From: a virus
Lineage: Duplodnaviria; Caudoviricetes
Virus record (IMG/VR): IMGVR_UViG_3300025082_000016
Coordinates: 1 to 42,073 of that record
Direction: 5' to 3' (one strand)
Length of the DNA stretch: 42,073 nt
In this document: positions 19,651-28,642 of the stretch, piece by piece
Numbering within the stretch: position 1 is the stretch's first letter
Layout: each line of letters starts with the position of its first letter
Position numbers and translations under genes: made by a program
The notes under the pieces: generated by a model
What the model saw: the letters and a program-made list of their open reading frames with translations, nothing else
Databases searched by the model: none
What the model was told of the DNA's origin: nothing

Positions 19651-20520
19651 TTACTCATATAGGTCGTATTTTAAAGCCTGTGCTCTTGCTTCGTCAAAAT
19701 TTTCCGGCTTCACATTAGACAAAGATTTAGAACCTTTGTGTTTAACGGATGCTTCGGGAATTGACTTGCTGGCATCGGCTTTCTTTAACGTCTTAACCGC
19801 CTTTGAGAATGAACTATCTACAGTAGCCTTATGATAAGTGAGCACGAATGCATCTTCAAGATTGCTCATCCCTTTATTGATCGCAGTATTCAAAACTTCT
19901 CTAACAGCATTATCTTTACCATCAAGTTCTGGATGGTTCTTGATTAATACCTGGATGTCTCGTTCTACCGCTTGTTGGGCTTCTTGCATCTCTATCTTAT
20001 CTTCCAACTCCTGGATCCGACTATCTGTTGGATCCTTTGTGTCCTGTTGTGTTTGAGCATTTTCATTAGGCTCATCAGTTTCCTGGAATAGAGCGTGGTC
20101 CTCACCAAGGTAATCCTTGAGAGTCTCCATAAGGTCTTCATCTTTCTTTAGATCATCAAACTTTTTCTGGGTTACAGTCAAAGCCTTCCGATCATCAGAA
20201 AGTTGTTGTGCCTTTTTGGTATTGGATTTCTGCCAATCGCTTCTGTTCCGAGAATCATCTATTGCTAGTTTGATATCATCAAGCGAATAACTTTTTCCAT
20301 CCACTTCTACGCTAGTATCTACTGGTGGGGTTTCAATTTCAGATTCAACCGGTTGCTCAATCTCTTGAGTCTGGCCTTCTACGGTGGCTTCCTCACCGTT
20401 GGGTTCACTAGGGGCTTCTGTAGGCTCTGCTGCTACTTCTACTTCTCCGACCACAAGCGAAGCTGCAACATCTGCTTCAACTTCAGCACCATAGATCCCG
20501 CCTTCAATATTTTCACTCAT
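19651..20520 (-). CDS. Capsid scaffolding protein
   Basis: Acidic N-terminus, VDG, DW.K..T.KAQ.LS coiled coil; between portal and MCP; ATG at 20520 follows GGAGG. Confidence 0.8.
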   Translation of the reverse strand: MSENIEGGIYGAEVEADVAASLVVGEVEVAAEPTEAPSEPNGEEATVEGQTQEIEQPVESEIETPPVDTSVEVDGKSYSLDDIKLAIDDSRNRSDWQKSNTKKAQQLSDDRKALTVTQKKFDDLKKDEDLMETLKDYLGEDHALFQETDEPNENAQTQQDTKDPTDSRIQELEDKIEMQEAQQAVERDIQVLIKNHPELDGKDNAVREVLNTAINKGMSNLEDAFVLTYHKATVDSSFSKAVKTLKKADASKSIPEASVKHKGSKSLSNVKPENFDEARAQALKYDLYE

Positions 20521-20622
20521 GCTGTTTTCCTCCAACAAAAGTTAATTTTTCATTGTTCATTTGGTAAATAAAATCCATCATATTTATATACTATCCAAAT
20601 ATATCTGATCATTTTCTTTTTA

Positions 20623-22437
20623 TTATGTTCTTGATCTCATATTTTCAGGGAGTCTATCTATTAGTGTAGGATCTTGCTCAAACTTTTTCATAATATCATC
20701 CTCATTGGTTCCCAGATTTGCCATTTCTTCGGGAGCCATGGGTTCTGCATTACCAGATTGTGCTTTCTGTGCTTCCATTAAGGATCTTATAAGTCTTTCT
20801 TTTCCTGGTAGTTCTATGTTCTCCAGGATATATAGCGGATCCGTAACAAGACCTAGTTGCATAAGCTGCATGATCTTCTGTTCAATCCACTCTCTATTCT
20901 CCGGCAACATAGAACCGGATCTGGCTCTAACTTCAAAGTTCATCCCTTGGAGCATAGCACCTATATATTTCCGGTCCTGCATTCCCTGATCTGTTTCAAC
21001 ACTTGTTAGATGTTCTTCTGTTCCAAGATTTACAATCATAGCTACCCACATACTGCCAAGAGTTTGAATTGCCTGGTCCACAGACCTTGCCTTGAAATCA
21101 ATCTTGGTAGTGGAAGCCTGGCGATAGATCTGTGCCTGAACACCACTTGTTACATTAGCATCAGCTTTACCCTGGGTTGCCTTGTTAACCCCACTAATAG
21201 TTTCAAACATCTCACCTAGCAATGAATAAAAATTAAATACATAATTTGGCATTCCAGCTGGTTGCAGCATGTTCACTGCACCAGGGCCACGTTTCCGGAT
21301 TACGCTACCAGGTTTATTGTTTATTTGATCTACTACATCTGTAGTCTCATCAGCTACCCACATTGGATTGGCCATTAAGTGGGTATTGTCCATCATTTGA
21401 CTGGCTAAACGATCTAAAGATAGGTTTAGAGACTTTAATCTCTTTGGTTCCGGCTTACCCCAAAAACTATGAGCAGATCCACCATTCTTTAATACAATGA
21501 ATGGGAATGGATGAGCCAAATGGTTTTCTTTAGTTAAGAACGGATATCTGGTTGGACCATCATATAATAAAACACCATTGGCAATAGCTGTCTGCCGAAT
21601 CATGCCAGGATATTTATCTATCTCCCGTGATTCGTCTGAAGGATCATCAGCCTCAATATATTCCTTTGTGTAATCCCTGGCATAGACCTCAATTAATAGT
21701 GCTCTCTCTTCTAGATCCTCCATGGCCCTGGAAGAGTTTTCATAATAGTTTGTTTCTGAACCGGTGGTATCAGTGACCTGGACCACATCATCCCCACCAA
21801 CTTGAGCATCATTAATCTTTAATGCTTCGTACTTATCAAGTTTTGATTCTGACTTTACATATTTACCATTCTCGTACTTTTCCCGGATCTCCCATAATGG
21901 GGTTGGTGCTGCATAAATAACATACTCTGCATTCTCCAACTTCGTTGCTGATGGATTCACAAAGAAAGCATAAGGATCTACAACATCAGCATCTGGCAAA
22001 TCATCGTCCTGGAAATGGACCTTTAAGATTCCATTGCCATATACCAGATAATCTAATAACCAATCCGGGATTAAATTTTGCATATCCCTAATTACCCATA
22101 ACTCATCCATTTGCTTTTGTAATATCTCTGCTGCTTTTGTAGATATGTCATCTCCACCTACAGCAATTATATCAATTCGGGGTGGACGGTTAGAAAGAAT
22201 TGGGATCATTGTATCTATAGCACTAGCAATAAGATCTAGCGTAACCTGGTTCTTAAATGCTGGCATATTCATGTTGGTCCAGTGATCACCCATATATAAC
22301 CGTTCAGCTTCCCGCCAAACAGTGGTTGTATTTTCCCTGGCTCGAAAACACATATCAAACATAGCTTCATTTTTCTTGATTATTTTTTCGTGTTTACGGG
22401 TTGGTTTATAAGCCGCTTCAGTTTTTTTCTTTGCCAT
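20623..22437 (-). CDS. Portal protein (podoviral type)
   Basis: 604 aa; LY.GDHW, VYGNGILKV, VDPY.FFV.P.A, FWGK, ETISGV....QG......SG.A motifs; between terL and scaffold. Confidence 0.9.
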   Translation of the reverse strand: MAKKKTEAAYKPTRKHEKIIKKNEAMFDMCFRARENTTTVWREAERLYMGDHWTNMNMPAFKNQVTLDLIASAIDTMIPILSNRPPRIDIIAVGGDDISTKAAEILQKQMDELWVIRDMQNLIPDWLLDYLVYGNGILKVHFQDDDLPDADVVDPYAFFVNPSATKLENAEYVIYAAPTPLWEIREKYENGKYVKSESKLDKYEALKINDAQVGGDDVVQVTDTTGSETNYYENSSRAMEDLEERALLIEVYARDYTKEYIEADDPSDESREIDKYPGMIRQTAIANGVLLYDGPTRYPFLTKENHLAHPFPFIVLKNGGSAHSFWGKPEPKRLKSLNLSLDRLASQMMDNTHLMANPMWVADETTDVVDQINNKPGSVIRKRGPGAVNMLQPAGMPNYVFNFYSLLGEMFETISGVNKATQGKADANVTSGVQAQIYRQASTTKIDFKARSVDQAIQTLGSMWVAMIVNLGTEEHLTSVETDQGMQDRKYIGAMLQGMNFEVRARSGSMLPENREWIEQKIMQLMQLGLVTDPLYILENIELPGKERLIRSLMEAQKAQSGNAEPMAPEEMANLGTNEDDIMKKFEQDPTLIDRLPENMRSRT

Positions 22438-22649
22438 TAGTTTGCCTCTATCTCAATTCCAGTTAAACTTTGTTGTGTTACCTGATTAACGATAGTAATA
22501 AGTGCCTGTCTATAATCATATGATATAGCACCTATTGATTCTATACGATCTATTTCCATGATCACTTCATTTACTTCTGGGATATCTTTCTCTTCCCATT
22601 CTCCAGTCTCTGGATTAAACCATTGCAGATTTAAAGGTCTGATGATCAT
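22437..22649 (-). CDS. Hypothetical protein
   Basis: 70 aa, translationally coupled on both sides (ATGA, TAATG). Confidence 0.6.
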   Translation of the reverse strand: MIIRPLNLQWFNPETGEWEEKDIPEVNEVIMEIDRIESIGAISYDYRQALITIVNQVTQQSLTGIEIEAN

Positions 22650-24019
22650 GCTCTGATCCCTTGATAATCTGTGTCTTCTGATAATAATTTATCTAATTCT
22701 TTCTGCAACCATGGCTTCTGTATTACCTTGGTTGGTGATCCTACATAATGTAAAAAATACCTCATTTGATCAGCATGGTGGTCCTCACCCTTTGTGTTTA
22801 GATCCTCCGGCCTTTTCTCATCGTGGACTAGGGTTGGGATTGTTCTTATAAAATTTGGACATGTTGAAAATACTTTTAACTTTGGCGGCTGCTCTGCATA
22901 GTGATCTAGGTACTGACGGCATAGGTTCCAACCATTAACTCTTTCATTATTAGCTTTAAATAGATTGACTCCAGCACGATTTAAAATATCAGCAATGCTC
23001 ATATTACTTGGTGCTACTACATCGCTCCTATTTGTGTTCTGTGGATTACGGATCCACATACTAGGATCTCCTACTGACATCATATATTCTTCTTGACCAC
23101 TTAATTCTAATATCCTATCTATGTGGTGACTTAACTCTTGGCCAGCTTCGTAATGCTCACGATATAAGTAAACATTCCCGAAAAAGTCTACAGCCCACCA
23201 ACCACAGGCAAATGGTGCTGCAAAACCATAGTCAATAGATCTATACCGGTACCACTCATATGGTATGTCGAAAGGCTCTACTACATGAATGTCATGCCGC
23301 CACTTTTGAAAGAACTGTCCAGAGAATACATCCCAATCTCCATCTAACCAGGCACGCCTTAATTCATCCGGTAATGCCTTCAAACTCTCAATATACTCCG
23401 GATCTTCACGCATAATAGTAGGGTTATCTGTTACCTTACTGGGTATAAAAATCCGTGATTTTCTGCTTTTCTTGTCAAAGTGTGTTTTGTTCTTGGCACT
23501 ATCTACAAACCTGGCCTTCACCCAACCATGGCCAGGACCCCCGGGGTTTGTTGTCGCAAATACCTGGGACGAGATCCCTGGAATTGTACTTCTTGCTGAT
23601 GAGATTAATCTTAAATAATCTAACTCATTAGGGATTAGAGTTAACTCTTCAATTGCAATTTTCTGGTACTCCTGGCCAAGATACTTTGTCCAGGCATCTT
23701 CATTACTCAAGTGACCGGTCCAGATCTTGGCTCCAGATGGAAATTCAAACTGGGCTGGATTTCCGGTTACCTTTACTCCCATATAACGGTACATATGCTT
23801 GGCACGATCTATCCAGTCCTTCAGATCATCGTAATTACGCCTGATTACTAAACCCCTGTATCTAGGACTCTTTATATAATCCGGCTCTACCATCCAGACT
23901 GTCATTGCTTCAGTCTTTCCTCCACCCCTGGATCCACCAAATAAAATCTCTGATTCCTTACGGGTTAATACTTTAGTCTGGGGACCCGGATGGGGCTGCC
24001 ATATGACTCGCTCTTCCAT
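22646..24019 (-). CDS. terL: Terminase large subunit
   Basis: Walker A GGSRGGGKT, Walker B IAIEE, TTNPGG.GH.WVK, nuclease SIDYG and EDH.AD..RY. Confidence 0.95.
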   Translation of the reverse strand: MEERVIWQPHPGPQTKVLTRKESEILFGGSRGGGKTEAMTVWMVEPDYIKSPRYRGLVIRRNYDDLKDWIDRAKHMYRYMGVKVTGNPAQFEFPSGAKIWTGHLSNEDAWTKYLGQEYQKIAIEELTLIPNELDYLRLISSARSTIPGISSQVFATTNPGGPGHGWVKARFVDSAKNKTHFDKKSRKSRIFIPSKVTDNPTIMREDPEYIESLKALPDELRRAWLDGDWDVFSGQFFQKWRHDIHVVEPFDIPYEWYRYRSIDYGFAAPFACGWWAVDFFGNVYLYREHYEAGQELSHHIDRILELSGQEEYMMSVGDPSMWIRNPQNTNRSDVVAPSNMSIADILNRAGVNLFKANNERVNGWNLCRQYLDHYAEQPPKLKVFSTCPNFIRTIPTLVHDEKRPEDLNTKGEDHHADQMRYFLHYVGSPTKVIQKPWLQKELDKLLSEDTDYQGIRA

Positions 24020-24255
24020 TACCGGTTACTCTTAAAAAACTCTACTAGTAGTTTAATGTCTGATTTAATTTCTGCCATAGACTCCTTCAATTCAGCCATT
24101 GCCCTAGCATTGTCTTCGTGTCTTTTACCAAATTCATTCTTTACCTCATACAAACTAAACACCAAAAATCTGTATAGTGCATAAATGGCTCCGAGTAATA
24201 AAATTAACGGTAAACCATATTGTTCAATCAATGCAAAAATTTTGTTGAGTTCCAT
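24019..24255 (-). CDS. Single-TM holin-like membrane protein
   Basis: 78 aa; QYGLP + hydrophobic helix + coiled coil, as in BhlA/UviB-type holins. Confidence 0.5.
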   Translation of the reverse strand: MELNKIFALIEQYGLPLILLLGAIYALYRFLVFSLYEVKNEFGKRHEDNARAMAELKESMAEIKSDIKLLVEFFKSNR

Positions 24256-24510
24256 TTACTTCTTTTTCTTACCCGCAACACCTTTTGTTTTAAGGGCTTC
24301 TTTTGCTTCCTTTTCATAGCGACCATCTCCCCAGCCTGGGAAAAATTTGTCCCTAAAAGATTTTTCTAACTTTTCACTCCAATCCAATAAACTAATATCT
24401 GGAAAGTGTTCGTTTAACCATTCTTTTCGCTTTTTACATCCAGGACATTCTGGTAGGTTAGTAAAACTCGAAATAATAGTTGCGACAAAATCACCTAGTG
24501 GTTTACTCAT
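24256..24510 (-). CDS. Hypothetical protein with C.GC..RK..LN motif
   Basis: 84 aa, coupled to the upstream gene. Confidence 0.55.
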   Translation of the reverse strand: MSKPLGDFVATIISSFTNLPECPGCKKRKEWLNEHFPDISLLDWSEKLEKSFRDKFFPGWGDGRYEKEAKEALKTKGVAGKKKK

Positions 24511-24758
24511 TTGCTTTCTATCCTTCCGCTTTTATGTATTATTGATACTTCAAATTCCTTGTGTGAATAACAGTAGGCCTCTATTAGTACGGCACCATAA
24601 CCCCAGGGAATTGGATAAAATTCTGCTGGATTATATCTATGATATACTCCCTCTGGATCCTGTATGGTTATTATTTTCTTTAATTCTGAATCATTCAATA
24701 CCTCCATATGAGAACACCCCATTAAAGCAACTAATATAATTACTATTATATATTTCAT
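24507..24758 (-). CDS. Predicted lipoprotein
   Basis: MKYIIVIILVALMG-C signal peptide with lipobox. Confidence 0.6.
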   Translation of the reverse strand: MKYIIVIILVALMGCSHMEVLNDSELKKIITIQDPEGVYHRYNPAEFYPIPWGYGAVLIEAYCYSHKEFEVSIIHKSGRIESK

Positions 24759-24773
24759 CCTGGTACCATAATC

Positions 24774-25259
24774 CTAATCCGGGACTCCTACTTCCGAAGG
24801 TGGGGTAGGGGGGTCTTTTTCCTGGGTGACTTCTTCTGGGGATGAGTAATTTGACTGGCTGTCTCTTACCCCCGGGCCATCATATACGGGAAGTGGGGTG
24901 GGGGGGGTCCTCGCCTGGTCATCATCATCACCTGGCAGCACCTCAAGGTCTATCAGATCTATAGGCACCTTACCAGGCATCATTATCACCCCTATATGGT
25001 TCTGCACGTCAGTCTTTATCTCCTGTGCCTTCAGATCAGGTGCTATCTTGTTGGCCACTATCTTCCAGGCATCCTTCTGCCTGGGATCATTATCATCTAG
25101 TGCAGCAGCCAATATCTTCTCTATCACTAGAGGCACAGATGGGTGCTCCCTCAAGTACTTGCCAAAGTGACTAGGCTTACGACCACCAGGGTTACCGCTT
25201 ACACCTGGTACCCAGTTGGGGTTGCCACCCTTACGCTTCATCTTGCCGTTCTTCTTCAT
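24774..25259 (-). CDS. terS: Terminase small subunit (DUF5681-like)
   Basis: W.PG.SGNP.GR motif; first gene of the late operon; ATG at 25259 preferred over TTG at 25277. Confidence 0.7.
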   Translation of the reverse strand: MKKNGKMKRKGGNPNWVPGVSGNPGGRKPSHFGKYLREHPSVPLVIEKILAAALDDNDPRQKDAWKIVANKIAPDLKAQEIKTDVQNHIGVIMMPGKVPIDLIDLEVLPGDDDDQARTPPTPLPVYDGPGVRDSQSNYSSPEEVTQEKDPPTPPSEVGVPD

Positions 25260-25265
25260 ACTACT

Positions 25266-25282
25266 ACTACGTTCCAACTACA
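25266..25282 (-). promoter_or_regulatory. Putative operator TGTAGTTGGAACGTAGT
   Basis: Near-identical to 35041-35057 and 35241-35257; overlaps the expected transcription start. Confidence 0.55.
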
Positions 25283-25290
25283 TTATACCA
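25282..25290 (-). promoter_or_regulatory. Extended -10 promoter for the late operon
   Basis: Minus strand TG-G-TATAAT ~22 nt upstream of the terS ATG. Confidence 0.55.
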
Positions 25291-25392
25291 ATTGCAATAG
25301 GGTTCTCCCCGGTGGACATACGCCTAATGAGCCAATGATACTGCTTTCCACAATAAGACCCCTTAATTAGTGGTCCTTAATGTTCATTGACA

Positions 25393-25439
25393 ATGATCCA
25401 GGATCCGGCAGCATGATCCAGGATCCGGCAGCATGATCC
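25393..25439. repeat. 20-bp tandem repeat ATGATCCAGGATCCGGCAGC x2 plus a partial copy
   Basis: Exact copies at 25393 and 25413; ATGATCC at 25433. Confidence 0.9.
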
Positions 25440-25563
25440 CGATTCCTGGGGATTGCCAGCGTGGCTGATTAAACTAATTTTTACTTTATTCACATTACAT
25501 TATAATATATAGGGATTCTCTTCCACAAACATAAACGGAGAAAATCATTTATGAAACTTTTCC

Positions 25564-25592
25564 TTGCTTTTAAAGTTATACTTGTATACCTT
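25564..25592 (+). promoter_or_regulatory. Possible sigma70-type promoter for the recombinase operon
   Basis: TTGCTT-N17-TACCTT; an alternative TTTACT-N16-TATAAT lies at 25480-25507. Confidence 0.35.
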
Positions 25593-25637
25593 TATTGTAG
25601 ATTATGAATCAATTAAACAACATAAGGAGACTAAATC

Positions 25638-26780
25638 ATGGCTAGTGTTTATAAAAGGGGAGACATTTACTGGGCTAATTTCAGCACAGCAGATGGATCT
25701 CAAAACGCTGTCAGTACCAAGATTCGGATTTCAGTTTATGGTCCTAGGAAAGCCAGGCAATTAGCTTTAGAACAGGCTATCAAATGGGAGCGTAATGAAG
25801 TTGACAAACGAGTCAGTGGTATTGATTTTGCTAGTTTAGTGGATTCCATTTCTACACTGGATCCATCTGACAAGACCAAACTAGCACTCGTTCTGGTCGA
25901 TCACCTACCAGACAGTTATCAAACAAATGGTGATACTCTCACATCAACAATAACATATAGTGATTGCCGGGACAAATGGCTTTCCAAGGTTAGCAGCCGG
26001 AAATCAGCTGACTGGATCAAAAGAGAAATCGTATGCCATAAATTCTTTATTGAATTCGTTGGTGGTGATACTCTCATAAGTTCAGTTACAACAGAGAATG
26101 TTGATGATTTCATCGTTAGCCGGGAAGGATTAGGCAAGGCAGCAAACACGATTAACAACTACCTCAAGCCGGTATCGCAGCTATTCAATTATGCAGTTGC
26201 GAATGACCTGGTCACGAAGAATCCTGTTAAGTATGCACAGAAGCCTGGTACGGCAACTGTTGTAGAATGGGATTACATTCCTGACGATGCATTTGATATA
26301 GTAATCAACGATGCTAACGATTCAGATAAAATCTTCTGGACCTGGTTGCGGTACACCGCTTTGAACCCTAAAGATGTAAGTGCTTTAACTCCCGCCAGCA
26401 TCGAAGCTGACAACAAGGGTAACGGCAGACACATCAACGGTAAAAGAGCCAAGAACGGCAGACTGGCCAGGATCCCGGTTCATCCCAATATTGAGAAGGC
26501 TATCTCAACTTATGGTGATGATTGTTTTGGGATATATCCTAACAAGAGTGCCAGAGATAAATCCAACAAGAGATTCAAGATAGCACTTGCTGGCCAGGGG
26601 ATCGACAGTGTAATTGCAGCAGTCAGACATACCTGTGCTACCAACCTTCTAGAATCAGGATTAAGTCTAGATGAAGTTGCACTGATCATGGGTCACAGTG
26701 ATACCACAATGCTCAAAAAGATCTATGTCAAGCATGTGGATCAGGTTAAAGCATACGAAGCCATTAAGCGGCTGAAGTAA
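25638..26780 (+). CDS. int: Tyrosine recombinase/integrase homologue with a degenerate active site
   Basis: Arm-binding-like N-terminus (MASVYKRG..YW), core-binding domain (TINNY...V.QLF.YA), RHT.AT.L...G, MGHS, C-terminal Tyr. Box I reads YTALNPKD and box II reads AAVRH. AAGGAG RBS. Confidence 0.85.
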   Translation: MASVYKRGDIYWANFSTADGSQNAVSTKIRISVYGPRKARQLALEQAIKWERNEVDKRVSGIDFASLVDSISTLDPSDKTKLALVLVDHLPDSYQTNGDTLTSTITYSDCRDKWLSKVSSRKSADWIKREIVCHKFFIEFVGGDTLISSVTTENVDDFIVSREGLGKAANTINNYLKPVSQLFNYAVANDLVTKNPVKYAQKPGTATVVEWDYIPDDAFDIVINDANDSDKIFWTWLRYTALNPKDVSALTPASIEADNKGNGRHINGKRAKNGRLARIPVHPNIEKAISTYGDDCFGIYPNKSARDKSNKRFKIALAGQGIDSVIAAVRHTCATNLLESGLSLDEVALIMGHSDTTMLKKIYVKHVDQVKAYEAIKRLK

Positions 26781-26962
26781 TGGCAATCAAAAAACGAAGT
26801 GAAGTTGAAGGCCTGGACGAAGGAATCCAGGCCTTTGATATTATAGAAGATGTCCAGTGGCTAGAAGTAGGCAAGTCGTTGGCAATGTCTTATTTCGCCT
26901 GGGTATATTATCAATGGGCAATACATACATTTAAGATTTTCATTAATTACCTAGCCAAGTAA
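26780..26962 (+). CDS. Hypothetical small protein, possibly membrane-associated
   Basis: 60 aa, TAATG-coupled to int. Confidence 0.5.
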   Translation: MAIKKRSEVEGLDEGIQAFDIIEDVQWLEVGKSLAMSYFAWVYYQWAIHTFKIFINYLAK

Positions 26963-26970
26963 GGAGAAAC

Positions 26971-27159
26971 ATGACAACAGACAAAAACAAGGAACCAGGG
27001 ACATGGACATTGAGCCAGGACGATATAGATCTTATGAGAAGAATGTTTAGCACATCCATTCGTGTAGGTAAGCGGAACGGTGATAAGCTATACGTTCAGA
27101 AGGTCCAGCAGTTCAGGGATCAATTTGATGATCACATAATCGAAACCAAGGAGGATTAA
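26971..27159 (+). CDS. Hypothetical protein
   Basis: 62 aa, AAGGAG RBS. Confidence 0.6.
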   Translation: MTTDKNKEPGTWTLSQDDIDLMRRMFSTSIRVGKRNGDKLYVQKVQQFRDQFDDHIIETKED

Positions 27160-27300
27160 ATGAATCTTATTGACATACTAAATTACCAGCCATTAGGAGA
27201 TCATGGTGTGAATTCCCTATTAAGCATTAGGATGTTTCACATCATTCTCATTACCTTATTTGCCTGGATATACAGGCTGCATAAAAAGGAGACTGAATAG
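27160..27300 (+). CDS. Small hydrophobic peptide (46 aa; not in the ORF track)
   Basis: AAGGAGG RBS; MNLIDILNYQ...FHIILITLFAWIYRLHKKETE; exactly fills the gap between its neighbours. Confidence 0.55.
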   Translation: MNLIDILNYQPLGDHGVNSLLSIRMFHIILITLFAWIYRLHKKETE

Positions 27301-27302
27301 CC

Positions 27303-27509
27303 ATGGCCAAGCCAGTAACAGAATATAAACTTGTGAAGATACAGATCAGCGGATCAGAACATGACCGACTTCACCAGGTGGCCAAGGAACTCAAGGTGAG
27401 TTACCAACACCTGGTAGGAAGTATACTACGACAGTATCTTAATGATGTGGGTCGGCCATTAATCATTCGGTCTCTTCAACGTGAACTAGAAGAGCCAGAA
27501 TCCAGGTGA
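27303..27509 (+). CDS. Ribbon-helix-helix-like DNA-binding protein
   Basis: VKIQIS.SEHDRL..VAKELKVS...LV..IL..YL pattern; AAGGAG RBS. Confidence 0.6.
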   Translation: MAKPVTEYKLVKIQISGSEHDRLHQVAKELKVSYQHLVGSILRQYLNDVGRPLIIRSLQRELEEPESR

Positions 27510-27531
27510 TAGAGGTTCTATAAGTCTTTTA

Positions 27532-27561
27532 CCTACCTCGCAGAAGAGCACGCAAGACAGG
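27532..27561 (-). terminator. 11-bp G-U-rich hairpin between convergent operons
   Basis: Minus strand CCTGTCTTGCG-TGCTCTTC-TGCGAGGTAGG. Confidence 0.45.
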
Positions 27562-27565
27562 AAGG

Positions 27566-27778
27566 TCACTTAATTGTGGCCTTTTTGTTTTTTAAGTATA
27601 TATATTCATCCCTGGACATTTTAATAATCTTATTTAATTCAGATCTGCTGCACTTCCACAAATACTTACGTCCCACAACAGACCGTATATTTAATAGGCT
27701 ACGCTTTTCGCCTATCCCATCCGGATAATCACATTGGGATCTAGCAATAATTTTAATCAGATCATAATCATCTGCCAT
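27566..27778 (-). CDS. Hypothetical protein
   Basis: ORF-track 74-aa frame; ATG (MADDYDL) at 27778 is the likely start. Confidence 0.5.
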   Translation of the reverse strand: MADDYDLIKIIARSQCDYPDGIGEKRSLLNIRSVVGRKYLWKCSRSELNKIIKMSRDEYIYLKNKKATIK

Positions 27779-27947
27779 GGAACTTGTCAAACATATAAGA
27801 TCCCAGCATAAGCAGCGGAACAGCTATAGCCGTACCTACTAGTAGTAACACTAGAGATAAGCCGTATGCAAGGCTTATAGCGATATCTATGAAGGTTTTA
27901 TAGGCACTCTTCGCACTGTCGGAACACCTTCTACTGTATTTCCCCAT
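27768..27947 (-). CDS. Small membrane protein (59 aa; not in the ORF track)
   Basis: MGKYSRR...IAISLAYGLSLVLLLVGTAIAVPLLMLGSYMF...; fills the gap between overlapping neighbours. Confidence 0.45.
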   Translation of the reverse strand: MGKYSRRCSDSAKSAYKTFIDIAISLAYGLSLVLLLVGTAIAVPLLMLGSYMFDKFHGR

Positions 27948-28075
27948 TTGTCTTCTTCCAGTTGATTCAAACGATCCCGTAATTTGCCAGTATCTTTTTT
28001 CTGGGCATGCCGCTCTCTGATTAGATCCCGGTATACAGATCGTATTAAGTAATCATTTCGTGTTGATTTTTTCAT
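27887..28075 (-). CDS. Hypothetical protein
   Basis: ORF-track 66-aa frame; likely start MKKSTRN. Confidence 0.45.
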   Translation of the reverse strand: MKKSTRNDYLIRSVYRDLIRERHAQKKDTGKLRDRLNQLEEDKWGNTVEGVPTVRRVPIKPS

Positions 28076-28217
28076 TAAGTTTATCAATCTTCTTGGTTAT
28101 CTGATCCAGCGTGGCTTCAGCCGAATCCAGCCGCTCAAGAATAAGTTTTCTTGTATCTTTCTTCTCCGTGTACTTAACCCTTACACCTGGTATGGTTGTA
28201 TTTCTACTATTTTTCAT
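28053..28217 (-). CDS. Small coiled-coil protein (54 aa; not in the ORF track)
   Basis: MKNSRN...LILERLDSAEATLDQITKKIDKLNEKINTK; fills the operon gap. Confidence 0.45.
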   Translation of the reverse strand: MKNSRNTTIPGVRVKYTEKKDTRKLILERLDSAEATLDQITKKIDKLNEKINTK

Positions 28218-28228
28218 AGTCAATAAGT

Positions 28229-28642
28229 CTATTCTTTCTTGATATCAAGTAACAATTGTTTCACTCTCTCTCTAGCTTCCATCTCTACCTCCTTGGAGAT
28301 TTTGATAGTGCGTTTCTCATCCTTCTGTTGTTGCAGCCACAGAATTTCCTGGGGTGTTATTTTGTTTATAAGAAGTTCCCATGCCTCGGCTGGAGACTGG
28401 TCCACCTGATTGTGACATCCAATACAGAGAGATACACAATTTATCGGTTCCCATCTGGTGGTCTTGTTGGCTCTTCCAAACCACACATGAGCACAGTGTA
28501 GGCCCCTGGAATCTACACCCTGGGTAAACTTCTTCCCGCATCTTTGACAGGTCCAATCATCCCGGTGACGAACATATTCCGAAAACAATATATCTGTTCG
28601 GGTCCGTTTTATTCTTTCCCCTGCACCTGGCCACATAATCAC
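28229..28642 (-). CDS. NinG/Rap-like HNH-type recombination endonuclease
   Basis: D.LFS.YVR.RD..TC..CG...HCAH...R....TRW...NC..LC..CH. Confidence 0.8.
   Translation of the reverse strand: MIMWPGAGERIKRTRTDILFSEYVRHRDDWTCQRCGKKFTQGVDSRGLHCAHVWFGRANKTTRWEPINCVSLCIGCHNQVDQSPAEAWELLINKITPQEILWLQQQKDEKRTIKISKEVEMEARERVKQLLLDIKKE

Noticed and set aside
25393-25439. Possible CRISPR mini-array
   Set aside because: The repeats are directly adjacent with no spacers, and there are no cas genes.
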